DNA of 64,000 nucleotides, from assembly GCA_965219955.1 (NCBI GenBank), contig OZ244799.1, forward strand, positions 2,592,001-2,656,000, in the 5' to 3' direction. Positions 39,460 through 48,147 of this stretch are shown piece after piece; the first letter of the stretch is position 1, and each line of letters opens with the position of its first letter. A model generated the notes under the pieces. That model was given only the letters and a program-made list of their open reading frames with translations. It ran no database searches and was not told the origin of the DNA. The translations under genes and the position numbers were made by a program. The DNA comes from a bacterium (GTDB lineage: Bacteria; UBA8248).

Positions 39460-39739
39460 TGCTCTTCACGGGATAGACGTAATCAAATCGTTGTCGAGCG
39501 GCATCAAACCGGTGCGGATTGGAACACAGGCCTGACCGGGTTGCAAACAGGGGAAGGCGATTTGTCAGGTGATGAAAATGGTAAATGAATATAAATCTGG
39601 GGTTTTTCGTACCTGCTCTCGGTCTTTGCCCGTCTCCATCAGGGGTTGAGAAGTCAAGTACTTCCTCACGTGTCAGGGAAAACCCCGGGTTCCGGTCGAG
39701 TGTCACCTTTGCGAAGAACGACAAGTTACCGGGGGAGCA

Positions 39740-40225
39740 GAATTCAGACGTTCGACAAGAGCACCGGAAGACAGACATATGATTCGGAACGCAGGCGAAA
39801 CGACCGGTTTTCGTGTATGCGACGCACCGTCCTTTAAATCCTCATCCAACTACAGTTCATCGAGTACGAGAAAGACAAGAGCGGAAGATGACTGTGGGCA
39901 TCCTTTACCGGACGGTAATCGCGTTGTTGAGCATGGTGCTCGGCTTTATGTTATTCGGAGTGGCGAATCAATTCTCACGAAAACCCACGCGTCCCCTGTA
40001 CACGAACCCGCCTGATTCGCCAAACCATTCGCCGATTTACACGGCAATTCGGGAGCGACTTCAGAGACAGTTCTGCTGATTTGCTCGATTTCCTCTTCTC
40101 GCCCTCTCCTCTCCATATCGAGGATGATGGCCTTTGCGGTGAACATGGCGGAGGGCAACGGGTGAATCTCCGCTTCGATGCCGGGCTTTCTGAGGTAACC
40201 ACATTAGCTCGTGAGGTGATGGAGA
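39740..40225. repeat. inverted homologue of 18410-18895
   Basis: direct comparison. Confidence 0.8.
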
Positions 40226-40636
40226 CCGTCGCAGACTTAACTGATACCACTTCGCTGGATAGGAGCAGTTCGGGGATCACAGTGTTAAATTCGATCACCG
40301 GAGTTCTCACCGACAATACGGACAAGAGCTACACGTATCAAGGAAACGCGAACGGCGCATATATGGCGGACGGAAAGGCCAGTTATTTCAAGGTGTACGT
40401 TTCGCTAACGGCCGAGTTCTAGGATCTAGGCAAAACGGGTTCGGGGACCATCGGGGGCAACGTCACGAAAATAACGGCTGGCGGGAAGCCCATTGACGGA
40501 AGCATTGAATTGCAGGAACAGGTTCTAACTGATAACCTGAGTGTCCTTTTTACAAACGTAGCCGCGGGCGTAGTTGAAGGAAACGCCGACAACGACGCCT
40601 AGAAGGGCTAGTTTTTCGGAATGAGATATGACAAAA

Positions 40637-41980
40637 GAGAGTGTCCGAAGTCTTGTGTAAGTAAGGGTCGAGGGTTCACACTTCACCAGGAGGAGGACCT
40701 TTGATGACGAGACTGAGACCTGAGCTATTGGACGAGTTGCTGTCCGGCTACGAGAAGCCGGAAGACCTGTTGGGCGAGGACGGGCTGTTCAAGCAGCTCA
40801 AGGAGGCTCTTGTGGAGCGCGCGCTGGGCGCGGAGTTGAGCGAGCACCTCGGCTACGAGAAGGGAGACCCAGCCGGACGAGGTAGTGGCAACAGCCGCAA
40901 CGGGCATTCCGGCAAGACGGTTCTGAGCGATGATGGCGAGTTGGACCTGGCGGTTCCCCGGGACCGCAACGGGACGTTCGAGCCGGCGATCGTGCCCAAG
41001 GGGGAGCGGCGCCTCGAGGGTTTCGACGAGCGCATCGTGTCGCTGTACGCGCGCGGGATGAGCGTGCGCGAGATCCGGGGCCACCTCGAGGAGTTGTACG
41101 GGGTATCGGTATCGCCGGACCTGATCAGCCGGGTGACCGACGCCGTGCTAGAGGAGGTGCGGGAGTGGCAGAACCGGCCCCTGGACCCTGTTTATCCGGT
41201 CGTGTTCTTCGACGCGCTGCGGGTGAAGATCCGCGACGAGGGCCTGGTTCGGAACAAGGCGGTCTACCTCGCCCTGGCGATTACCTCCGAGGGCGACAAG
41301 GAGGTGCTGGGGCTTTGGATCGAGCAGACCGAGGGGGCGAAGTTCTGGCTCAAGGTGATGAACGAGCTCCAGGCCCGGGGCCTGCAGGACATTCTGGTCG
41401 CGGTGGTGGACGGGCTCGCAGGCTTTCCCGACGCCATCGGCACGGTATTCCCGCGCACCGCGGTCCAGACCTGCATCGTCCATCTGATACGCAATTCGAT
41501 GTCGTTCGTCGCCTGGAAGGACCGCCGGAAGGTCATGCCCGATCTCAAGGCGGTCTACCGGGCCGAGACGCTCGAAGCCGCGGCGGCCAGGCTCGATGAG
41601 TTCGAAGCCCGCTGGGGGGAGCGCTACCCGGCGGTGGCTCCCGCCTGGCGTCGCGCCTGGGAGCATGTGGCGCCGATGTTCGCCTTCCCGCCGGCCATCC
41701 GGAAGATGATCTATACGACCAACGCCCTGGAGAGCCTGCATCGGTCGTTGCGCAAGATCATCAAGACCCGGGGAAGCTTTCCCAGCGACGAGGCGGCGAC
41801 GAAGTTGCTGTTCCTGGCGATACGCAACGCCGGAGTCCGTTGGCGCCGCCCAGTTGACTGGACCGCCGCGAAGGGGCAATTTGCCATTCTGTTCGAGGAT
41901 CGCTTTCCTGGCTCAGCTAGCTGAGCCAGGAAAGCCCAAAGACCCGAGACCGTGGCTTACACAGATAATCGGACATACCC
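40637..41980 (+). mobile_element. IS256 family element, copy A (1344 bp)
   Basis: imperfect IRs; 8-bp TSD tgacaaaa. Confidence 0.95.
40701..41924 (+). CDS. IS256 family transposase
   Basis: VFFDALRVKIR, VVDGLAGF, QTCIVHLIRNS, YTTNALES. Confidence 0.95.
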   Translation: MMTRLRPELLDELLSGYEKPEDLLGEDGLFKQLKEALVERALGAELSEHLGYEKGDPAGRGSGNSRNGHSGKTVLSDDGELDLAVPRDRNGTFEPAIVPKGERRLEGFDERIVSLYARGMSVREIRGHLEELYGVSVSPDLISRVTDAVLEEVREWQNRPLDPVYPVVFFDALRVKIRDEGLVRNKAVYLALAITSEGDKEVLGLWIEQTEGAKFWLKVMNELQARGLQDILVAVVDGLAGFPDAIGTVFPRTAVQTCIVHLIRNSMSFVAWKDRRKVMPDLKAVYRAETLEAAAARLDEFEARWGERYPAVAPAWRRAWEHVAPMFAFPPAIRKMIYTTNALESLHRSLRKIIKTRGSFPSDEAATKLLFLAIRNAGVRWRRPVDWTAAKGQFAILFEDRFPGSAS

Positions 41981-42189
41981 TGACAAAAAAGTTGAGGCCC
42001 CATGGATTACGGTACAAGGCTTTGTAGATGGATACACAAGCTATTTAATTGTACGCACTTCCCGGTTCGGTTGCGGGGTCGTTTTACGTCAACAAGCTGA
42101 CCGCGTCCGGAGGAGGCGTTGTCTTCATCGGGGCGTTCGGGGCGCACAGATAACAGGGCAGTACACCTATAAGGAGAGCAAATTAATAA

Positions 42190-42294
42190 AGGGGATTGCC
42201 CGTTGGTTGCTTCCCTCGTGCTAGAGCAAACTGTATCGTTCCTTGCTATGAGTTTGAGTCCTCGATCAGGTAGCGGGAACAATGGGCAGCCCCT
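42190..42294 (+). ncRNA. three-way-junction RNA motif (diverged copy)
   Basis: P1 gggg(a)ttgcccgttg/caatgggcagcccc; tttgagtc loop; follows the GAFGAHR* stop. Confidence 0.55.
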
Positions 42295-42315
42295 GCTTGC
42301 GTTTCAGGCAAGCTG

Positions 42316-42413
42316 GCCGACACCCTGCCGCAGCTGGCACTTTACCTTGTGGATTGTGTCGCAGCAATTCCCGTCTTTCGCCAGCCCTGTAAGGGGTGTC
42401 GGCCTTTTTTTTT
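42316..42413 (+). ncRNA. putative structured RNA/terminator element (copy 2)
   Basis: ggccgacaccc/gggtgtcggcc stem with T9 tail. Confidence 0.35.
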
Positions 42414-42673
42414 GCCCGACCCAGACGCGCTCGCAACGAAAAATGTTCTTCAACCCGGACAGCCCTTCAGAAGCGGCATTGATAACCCCCATCAGACCAC
42501 GACCGAATATATATTGCGTCAGGCGAAGCCCTGGAGAGGAAATGGTATGGACGCCTTCCCGGCAACCGAGTGCCGCGGTTCGAGAGGGTCGACATGGATC
42601 CTCGATGATCTGTGGCACCCTGAGAAGCTCAAGGGGAAGACATAGTGTCTTCCCAGGCCAACCGGAGGGTCCA

Positions 42674-43702
42674 ATGATGAAGAATGGCAGAACGGTCGTC
42701 GGTGTGGATACGGCGAAAAGCGTGTTCCAGTTGTACTGGGTCGAGGTGGAGACGGGAAAAAGGATGTCCCTGAAGCTGACGCGGGCGAGGTTCCTCGAGC
42801 ACTTCGCCAATCGCGCTCCGTGCCTGATCGCGATGGAGGCGTACGGCGGCTCGCAGCACTGGGCGCGTCGTCTGCGGAAACTGGGCCACGAGGCGAGGTT
42901 GCTTCCGGCGAAGATGGTGAGGCCCTTCGTTGCCGGCAACAAGAATGATTCGCACGACGCGCGCGTGATCTGGACGGCGGTGCAACAGCCTGGGGTAAAG
43001 GCGGTTGCGATCAAGAGCGAGGAACAGCAGGCCGTCCTGGCGCTGCACCGCATGCGCCAGCAGCTGGTGAAGTTCCGCACGGCCCAGATCAACGGCTTGC
43101 GCGGCCTGTTGACCGAATACGGAGAGGTCATGCCACAAGGCCGGGCGGGCATGCGGCGAGACATGGTCGCAGCCCTCGGCCGGATATCGGAGCGACTGCC
43201 GACGATGGTCGTGGACGCCCTGCGAGAGCAATGGGCGCGCGTGGCCCGGCTCGACGAGGAGGTTCGCGGTATCGAGCGCCGCCTGAAGCTGTGGCATCAA
43301 GACAACGCCGAGAGCCGCAGGGTGGCGGAGATCCCCGGTGTCGGTTTGCCGGGCGCGACCGCTTTGGTGGCCGCGATGGGTGATCCCGCCGCGTTCAGTT
43401 CCGGTCGGGAGTTCGCCGCCTAGCTGGGGCTGACGCCCCGCCATGTCGGGACCGGCGGAAAGGTGCGCGTGCTCGGAATCTCCAAGCGGGGCGACAGGTA
43501 CCTGCGCACCTTGCTGATACACGGCGCCCGCGCCGCAATCGTCCACGGCAAGGCGCCGCGTGAATGGGTGTTGCGCCTGGCCGGACGGCGGCCCCCGAAC
43601 GTGGTCGTCGTCGCCCTGGCGAACAAGATGGCGCGCACGATCCGGGCCCTGCTGGCCCATGACCGGGAATACCAACGAAACTTTGTCGGCCATCCTGCGT
43701 AA
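42674..43702 (+). pseudogene. IS110 transposase with an internal TAG (43421-43423)
   Basis: VGVDTAK, KNDSHDA, REFAA*LGLTPRHVGTGGK. Confidence 0.9.
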
Positions 43703-43965
43703 GTCCGGATGGCAAAAGATAACACGAAACGATGAACGGAGGTGGCACGCCGAAGGATTGCGCAAGGCAGGATAAAGTGTGATGGCTAACAGGTCAGACC
43801 GCGGCCCGCAAAGTCTGTATGGCATCGAAGGCGAAAAGCCTTGAAGAGGAAATGAGGCGCGGGTCGGCTGATTCCATCAGGGCCGGCAGGCAAGAGCACC
43901 TGCACCGAAAGGCCGAATATAAAGCTGCAACCTGACAGTCAAAAGCACCGAATCCGCCTTTGCCA
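43703..43965 (+). ncRNA. putative seek/bridge RNA
   Basis: segments atggcatc, agaggaa and atataaa match the intron target flanks and the donor end. Confidence 0.6.
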
Positions 43966-44570
43966 CCGGGAAGGCGTCCATATAAAGGATGCCATGACCT
44001 GAAACCTCTCGTAGCGACCCGGCGGGTTCGACCCCCGCCCGGCAAAGGCCGAGCCGGCCAGCCGGAAGCGAGTCTTGCATGGCGTGCGGCAACGCGCGTC
44101 GTGAAGCGTAGACAGCAGGTGACGAAGCGGCGGGGTAAGCCTCGAAATCGGTCAATCGACGACGCCTTCATTGTTAATCGTGTGGGGGCAGCACCGGAAG
44201 CGCCGCTATCGGCGAGGCGCAACGGGTTGTCCGGGGTCGTGGACCGGCGCAAAGTCACGGGACGGGTCGCCAGGGAACCTGGGAGATCCTGCACTTGCCC
44301 GTGGGCAAGGATGCTGGGAAGGGGATGCCAGCATGCAAATCCAGAACCCGGCCCGTCGCCGGGCCTGTACGGCGGCGGGAGCGCTATATGGCGGACACGA
44401 ACCCCGCAGGCGCCCGCGGAGCCGACCGGCGAAAACAATAAGCCGAAGGACATGCGGGGGCAGGAAGTCGTAGCGCCCTGATAGTACCGCTGAGGGCGGG
44501 GAACCGTGGCCATCGGGACCCGCTGGAGGGAAGCGGGGCGTCATCTGTACAGAGCCACTGATGGGAAACG

Positions 44571-45238
44571 TTGGAGGAAACCCTGAGTTCCACGAACACG
44601 TACACGAAACAGCAGTGGATAGCCGAACAGGTGAGGGAGCATCCGGAACGGGTGTTCACGTCCCTGCACCACCTCATCGACGGCGAGTGGATGCGCGAAG
44701 CGTATCGCCGCACGCGCAAGGATGGGGCGAGGGGCATCGACGGCGTGAGTGCTGCCGACTACGAGAAGGACCTGGAGGCGAATCTTGACGACCTCCTGAG
44801 CCGGATGAAGTCGGGCCGCTACTTTGCGCCGCCGGTGCGCCGGCGCTACATCCCGAAGGCGGACGGCACGAAACGACCGCTCGGCATTCCGACGTTCGAA
44901 GACAAGGTGGCGCAACGGGCAATCCTGATGCTGCTGGAGCCGATTTACGAGACGGACTTTTTGACGTGCTCGTACGGCTTCCGGCCCGGACGGTCGGCTC
45001 ACGATGCCCTGGACGCACTTCGCACGGGCATCATGGAGCAGCGCCAACGATGGGTGATAGACGCGGATTTGAAAGCGTACTTCGACTCAATCCCGCACAC
45101 CCACCTGCGGTCATTCCTCGACCTGCGGATTAAGGACGGCGTCGTAAGGCGCATGATTGACAAATGGCTGAAAGCGGGGGTGCTCGAAGAGGGCACCGTT
45201 CACAGGCCGGTCGCCGGTACTCCTCAAGGTGGGGTCAT
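44571..45238 (+). CDS. ltrA: group II intron RT/maturase, N-terminal part
   Basis: GIDG, IPKADG..RPLGIPT, SYGFRPGRS, DADLKAYFDSI, GTPQGGV. Confidence 0.92.
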
Positions 45239-46889
45239 GACACCCTGAACGCAAAAGGCAACTCTGCTCTCCGGCGCCGCCGTCGTCGGGTTCCGATGGG
45301 ATCGGACTGCCACCGGACGCCCCCGGGATCGGGATGGAATGGCGAATCGTGATCTTCTCCTCACTGACCAGCACCTCCTTGACGAGAAGCCGGACAAGGC
45401 GCTGTTGTTCGCCGGTATCCAGGCTATGGGCGGAGGAGCGAAGCCGCGCCAGGAACCCGCTCAGCGTGTCGGCGAGCCGGAGGTAGGTTTCCCGATCCTT
45501 GACCTGCTCGACAACGGACTGCAGTTCACGATGAAGAGCCTGTTCCTGACGGCGTAGCCCGGGCGTTCTCTCGCGCAGTTCGTCGATGGTGATCAGCTCC
45601 TCCTGATAGGCATTGACCAGGCGGTCGATGCTCTTTCGTGTTCTGATCAACCGGCGCCGCAAGTCGGTCTCGCGCTGCCGGTTGGGGTCGGAGTCGCGGG
45701 CCGCCTCCAGACGCCGATCGATTTCGGCGCCGATCAGCGCCGGATCCTCAAGCAGGCGAACGACTTCGCTCCAGACAACGTCGTCAAGCAGATCCTGGCG
45801 CACCGGCCGATTGTCGCATAGCGGCCCGTTGAGATGCCGCCAGGCGTCGGAGCCCAGGCAGCGGTAATAGTAAATCGTGCGCGCGCTCGTCCGGGTCGAC
45901 GTGCGATACAGGGAATAGCCGCATTTTCGGCACGAGACCAGCCCCTGCACCACGCTGGGCGTCCTGGTCCGGCGCCGCCCGAGGGCCTTGTTCATCTCCA
46001 GCCGCTCTTCGGCCAGGGCAAAGGTCTCCTCGCTGACGACCGCCGGCACCGGAATCTCGATCCATTCCTCGCGCGGTTTCTCGTGACCGCCGGTGGTGGC
46101 GCCGGCCACGCCGCCGCGCAACCGCAAGGGGCGGGTCACGGTTTTTCGCGGCATCTGGCGGGTCTTGCCGAAGCACGCCTTGCCCTTGTACGCCGGGTTG
46201 CGCAGCATCGCCCACACGGTCGAACGCTCCCAGCGTCCGCGCCCGGAGGACGTGGGTACCGCCCGCTCGTTGAGCTTGCGGGTGATCTCGCCAATGCTCA
46301 TGTGGTCATGAGTATAGTAGCGATAGACTTCGCGAACCACCGATGCCTGAGGTTCGAGCACCTCATAGTAGGCATCGCTCTCGGAAGTTTTCTTGTGGTA
46401 GCGGTAGCCATAAGGCGCGCCTCCGAGAACCGCAACTTCACCACACTGCGCACGATGACGCTTGCCGCGACGGGAACGTTCCAGTATCTGTGCGCGCTCG
46501 TATTCCGCGATCATCCCCTGGAACTGGACGAGGAGGTTGTCTTCCGGGGTTTCCATCGACGGCGCGTTCACAAACACGGTCTCAACGCCATGGCGGGCCA
46601 ACTCTTCGATAATCAGCACCTGGTGGGCGTAGCGGCGGCTCAAACGGTCCGGGGCATGGACCACCAATGTATCGAAGCGCCCTTCCGCGGCGAGGTCCCT
46701 GATCCGCTCCAGCCCCGGGCGCTCGAGAACAGCGCCGCTGCAGCCGTCATCCTCGACGAGCATCTCCGGCGCGACGCTGTAGCCGTGGTTCCTGGCGTAT
46801 TCGACCAGCGCCTCGGTCTGGCTCGCGATCGTGCTGCTCTCCCTCTGCTGCTCGCCCGAGACCCGCGCATAAAGGGCTGCGACTTTCAT
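45111..46889 (-). CDS. large serine recombinase (resolvase + recombinase + zinc ribbon + coiled coil)
   Basis: YARVS catalytic Ser, DRLSR, PYGY, CRKC...YYRC zinc ribbon. Confidence 0.95.
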   Translation of the reverse strand: MKVAALYARVSGEQQRESSTIASQTEALVEYARNHGYSVAPEMLVEDDGCSGAVLERPGLERIRDLAAEGRFDTLVVHAPDRLSRRYAHQVLIIEELARHGVETVFVNAPSMETPEDNLLVQFQGMIAEYERAQILERSRRGKRHRAQCGEVAVLGGAPYGYRYHKKTSESDAYYEVLEPQASVVREVYRYYTHDHMSIGEITRKLNERAVPTSSGRGRWERSTVWAMLRNPAYKGKACFGKTRQMPRKTVTRPLRLRGGVAGATTGGHEKPREEWIEIPVPAVVSEETFALAEERLEMNKALGRRRTRTPSVVQGLVSCRKCGYSLYRTSTRTSARTIYYYRCLGSDAWRHLNGPLCDNRPVRQDLLDDVVWSEVVRLLEDPALIGAEIDRRLEAARDSDPNRQRETDLRRRLIRTRKSIDRLVNAYQEELITIDELRERTPGLRRQEQALHRELQSVVEQVKDRETYLRLADTLSGFLARLRSSAHSLDTGEQQRLVRLLVKEVLVSEEKITIRHSIPIPGASGGSPIPSEPDDGGAGEQSCLLRSGCHDPTLRSTGDRPVNGALFEHPRFQPFVNHAPYDAVLNPQVEE

Positions 46890-47043
46890 TCTCGTCTCCT
46901 ATCTCTCGTCTTCGGGCAGGGATTTTGCAGGCTTGATCGGGAACCAGTATCTCGTAGGCATTCTGGAGCCTGGCTGCGAACAGGCGATCGAAACTGTAAT
47001 CAAGTTCAACGCCGGGCAGCGAACCCGGGCGGCGCGCAGCCAT
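46747..47043 (-). CDS. small hypothetical protein (candidate directionality factor)
   Basis: between the regulator and the LSR, overlapping the LSR start; LDYSFDRLFAARLQNAYEILVP. Confidence 0.5.
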   Translation of the reverse strand: MAARRPGSLPGVELDYSFDRLFAARLQNAYEILVPDQACKIPARRREIGDENESRSPLCAGLGRAAEGEQHDREPDRGAGRIRQEPRLQRRAGDARRG

Positions 47044-47044
47044 G

Positions 47045-47365
47045 TCAATCCACGTCCGGGAGAAAGCGCCTCAGTGCCCGTGCGACGACGTCCCCGATGG
47101 CCTGGCCGCTGATCCTGGCGTGCGTACGCAGGGCTTGCGCCAACGCGCCCGGAATCTTGATGGTCATGGGAATCCGGGATTCGACCGGCTCGGCCGGACG
47201 GTCCATGGCCAGCGCCTGCTGAACGTAGCGGTAGGACTGCCGCTGCGATACGCCGAAACGCTGCGATAGCCGCACTACAGCCTCGTTCGTCGTGACGCCC
47301 TGTGCGAGCAGCGAGTAGGCGGCGTTGATCCGTTCGGCTTTCTGGGACTTCGATGATCGCGTCAT
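47045..47365 (-). CDS. HTH/RHH-like DNA-binding protein
   Basis: LSQRFGVSQRQSYRYV HTH; C-terminal MTIKIPGALAQALR..IGDVVARAL RHH-like segment. Confidence 0.7.
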   Translation of the reverse strand: MTRSSKSQKAERINAAYSLLAQGVTTNEAVVRLSQRFGVSQRQSYRYVQQALAMDRPAEPVESRIPMTIKIPGALAQALRTHARISGQAIGDVVARALRRFLPDVD

Positions 47366-47474
47366 TTGACATAATAATATTACCTCTTGAGACGAAGATC
47401 AAGTACCGAGCGATCCCGCCACGCCACAATCTGGCGCTCAAACTGGAAGTTGCCTTTTGCGTTCGGGGTGTCAT

Positions 47475-48147
47475 CTCGCCGATGCTCTCGAACATCTTCC
47501 TGCACCATGTGCTGGACAAGTGGTTCGAGGAATTGGCGAAGCCGCGTCTTAACGGACGGTGCCAACTGGTGCGATACGCCGATGACTTTGTCATCGCCTT
47601 CGAAGACCGCCACAGCGGCAAGCGATTGCTTGACGTGCTGGGCAAACGTCTGGGCCGATACGGACTCACGCTCCATGAGGCCAAGACGCGCTATGTGGAC
47701 TTCCGCCGGAGGCGTCCCTACGGGCGTCACTGGATGGCGTCGGCCACGACGTTCGACTTCCTCGGCTTCACCCACGTCTGGGGGCGGTCGATGCAAGGCA
47801 AGGACGTCGTTCGCCAAATCACGGCGAAAGGCCGCTTCGCCCGCGCGCTGAAATCGGTGCACGAGTGGTGCAAGAGACATCGGCACCTGCCGGTCAAGGC
47901 GCAGCATGACTATCTCGTCCGGGTGATACGAGGCCACTGCGCATATTACGGTCTGACAGGGAACGGCAAGCGTCTTCGGTGGTTCCGCTACCAAGTGGCT
48001 CGCACGTGGCGGAAGTGGCTTGCGCGCCGCAGCCGCCTGCGCCGGATGAACTGGGACCGGATGAACGCGCTTCTCTTGCGATACCCCCTTCCATTTGTCT
48101 CGTACGTGCGTTCTCGGCAAAGCTCCTTGAGCGAACCTGTCAGGTGA
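47475..48147 (+). CDS. ltrA: group II intron RT/maturase, C-terminal part
   Basis: (I)SPMLSNIFLH, RYADDFV, FDFLGF, thumb/X domain RGHCAYY; no endonuclease domain. Confidence 0.92.

Larger units (their letters stand above)
40220..42153 (+). pseudogene. TbpB-barrel lipoprotein remnant interrupted by IS256
   Basis: YTYQGNANGAYM...VSLTAEF with in-frame stops; after the IS it reads PGSVAGSFYV...FIGAFGAHR*. Confidence 0.65.
42542..43986 (+). mobile_element. IS110 family (IS1111 group) element inside intron domain I
   Basis: subterminal IRs tatggacgccttcccgg / ccgggaaggcgtccata; AA core by analogy with the 8270 element (+/-4 nt). Confidence 0.85.
45239..47474 (-). mobile_element. 2236-bp integrative element (LSR + two small ORFs) inserted in the RT gene
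   Basis: 25-bp terminal inverted arms (one mismatch) and a duplicated GTCAT/AT core; removal restores the RT frame. Confidence 0.9.

Noticed and set aside
43987-43995. Intron 5' end at GGATG right after the IS
   Set aside because: EBS1/IBS1 pairing and the Ia/Ib stems place the 5' end upstream at 42514, with the IS inside the intron.
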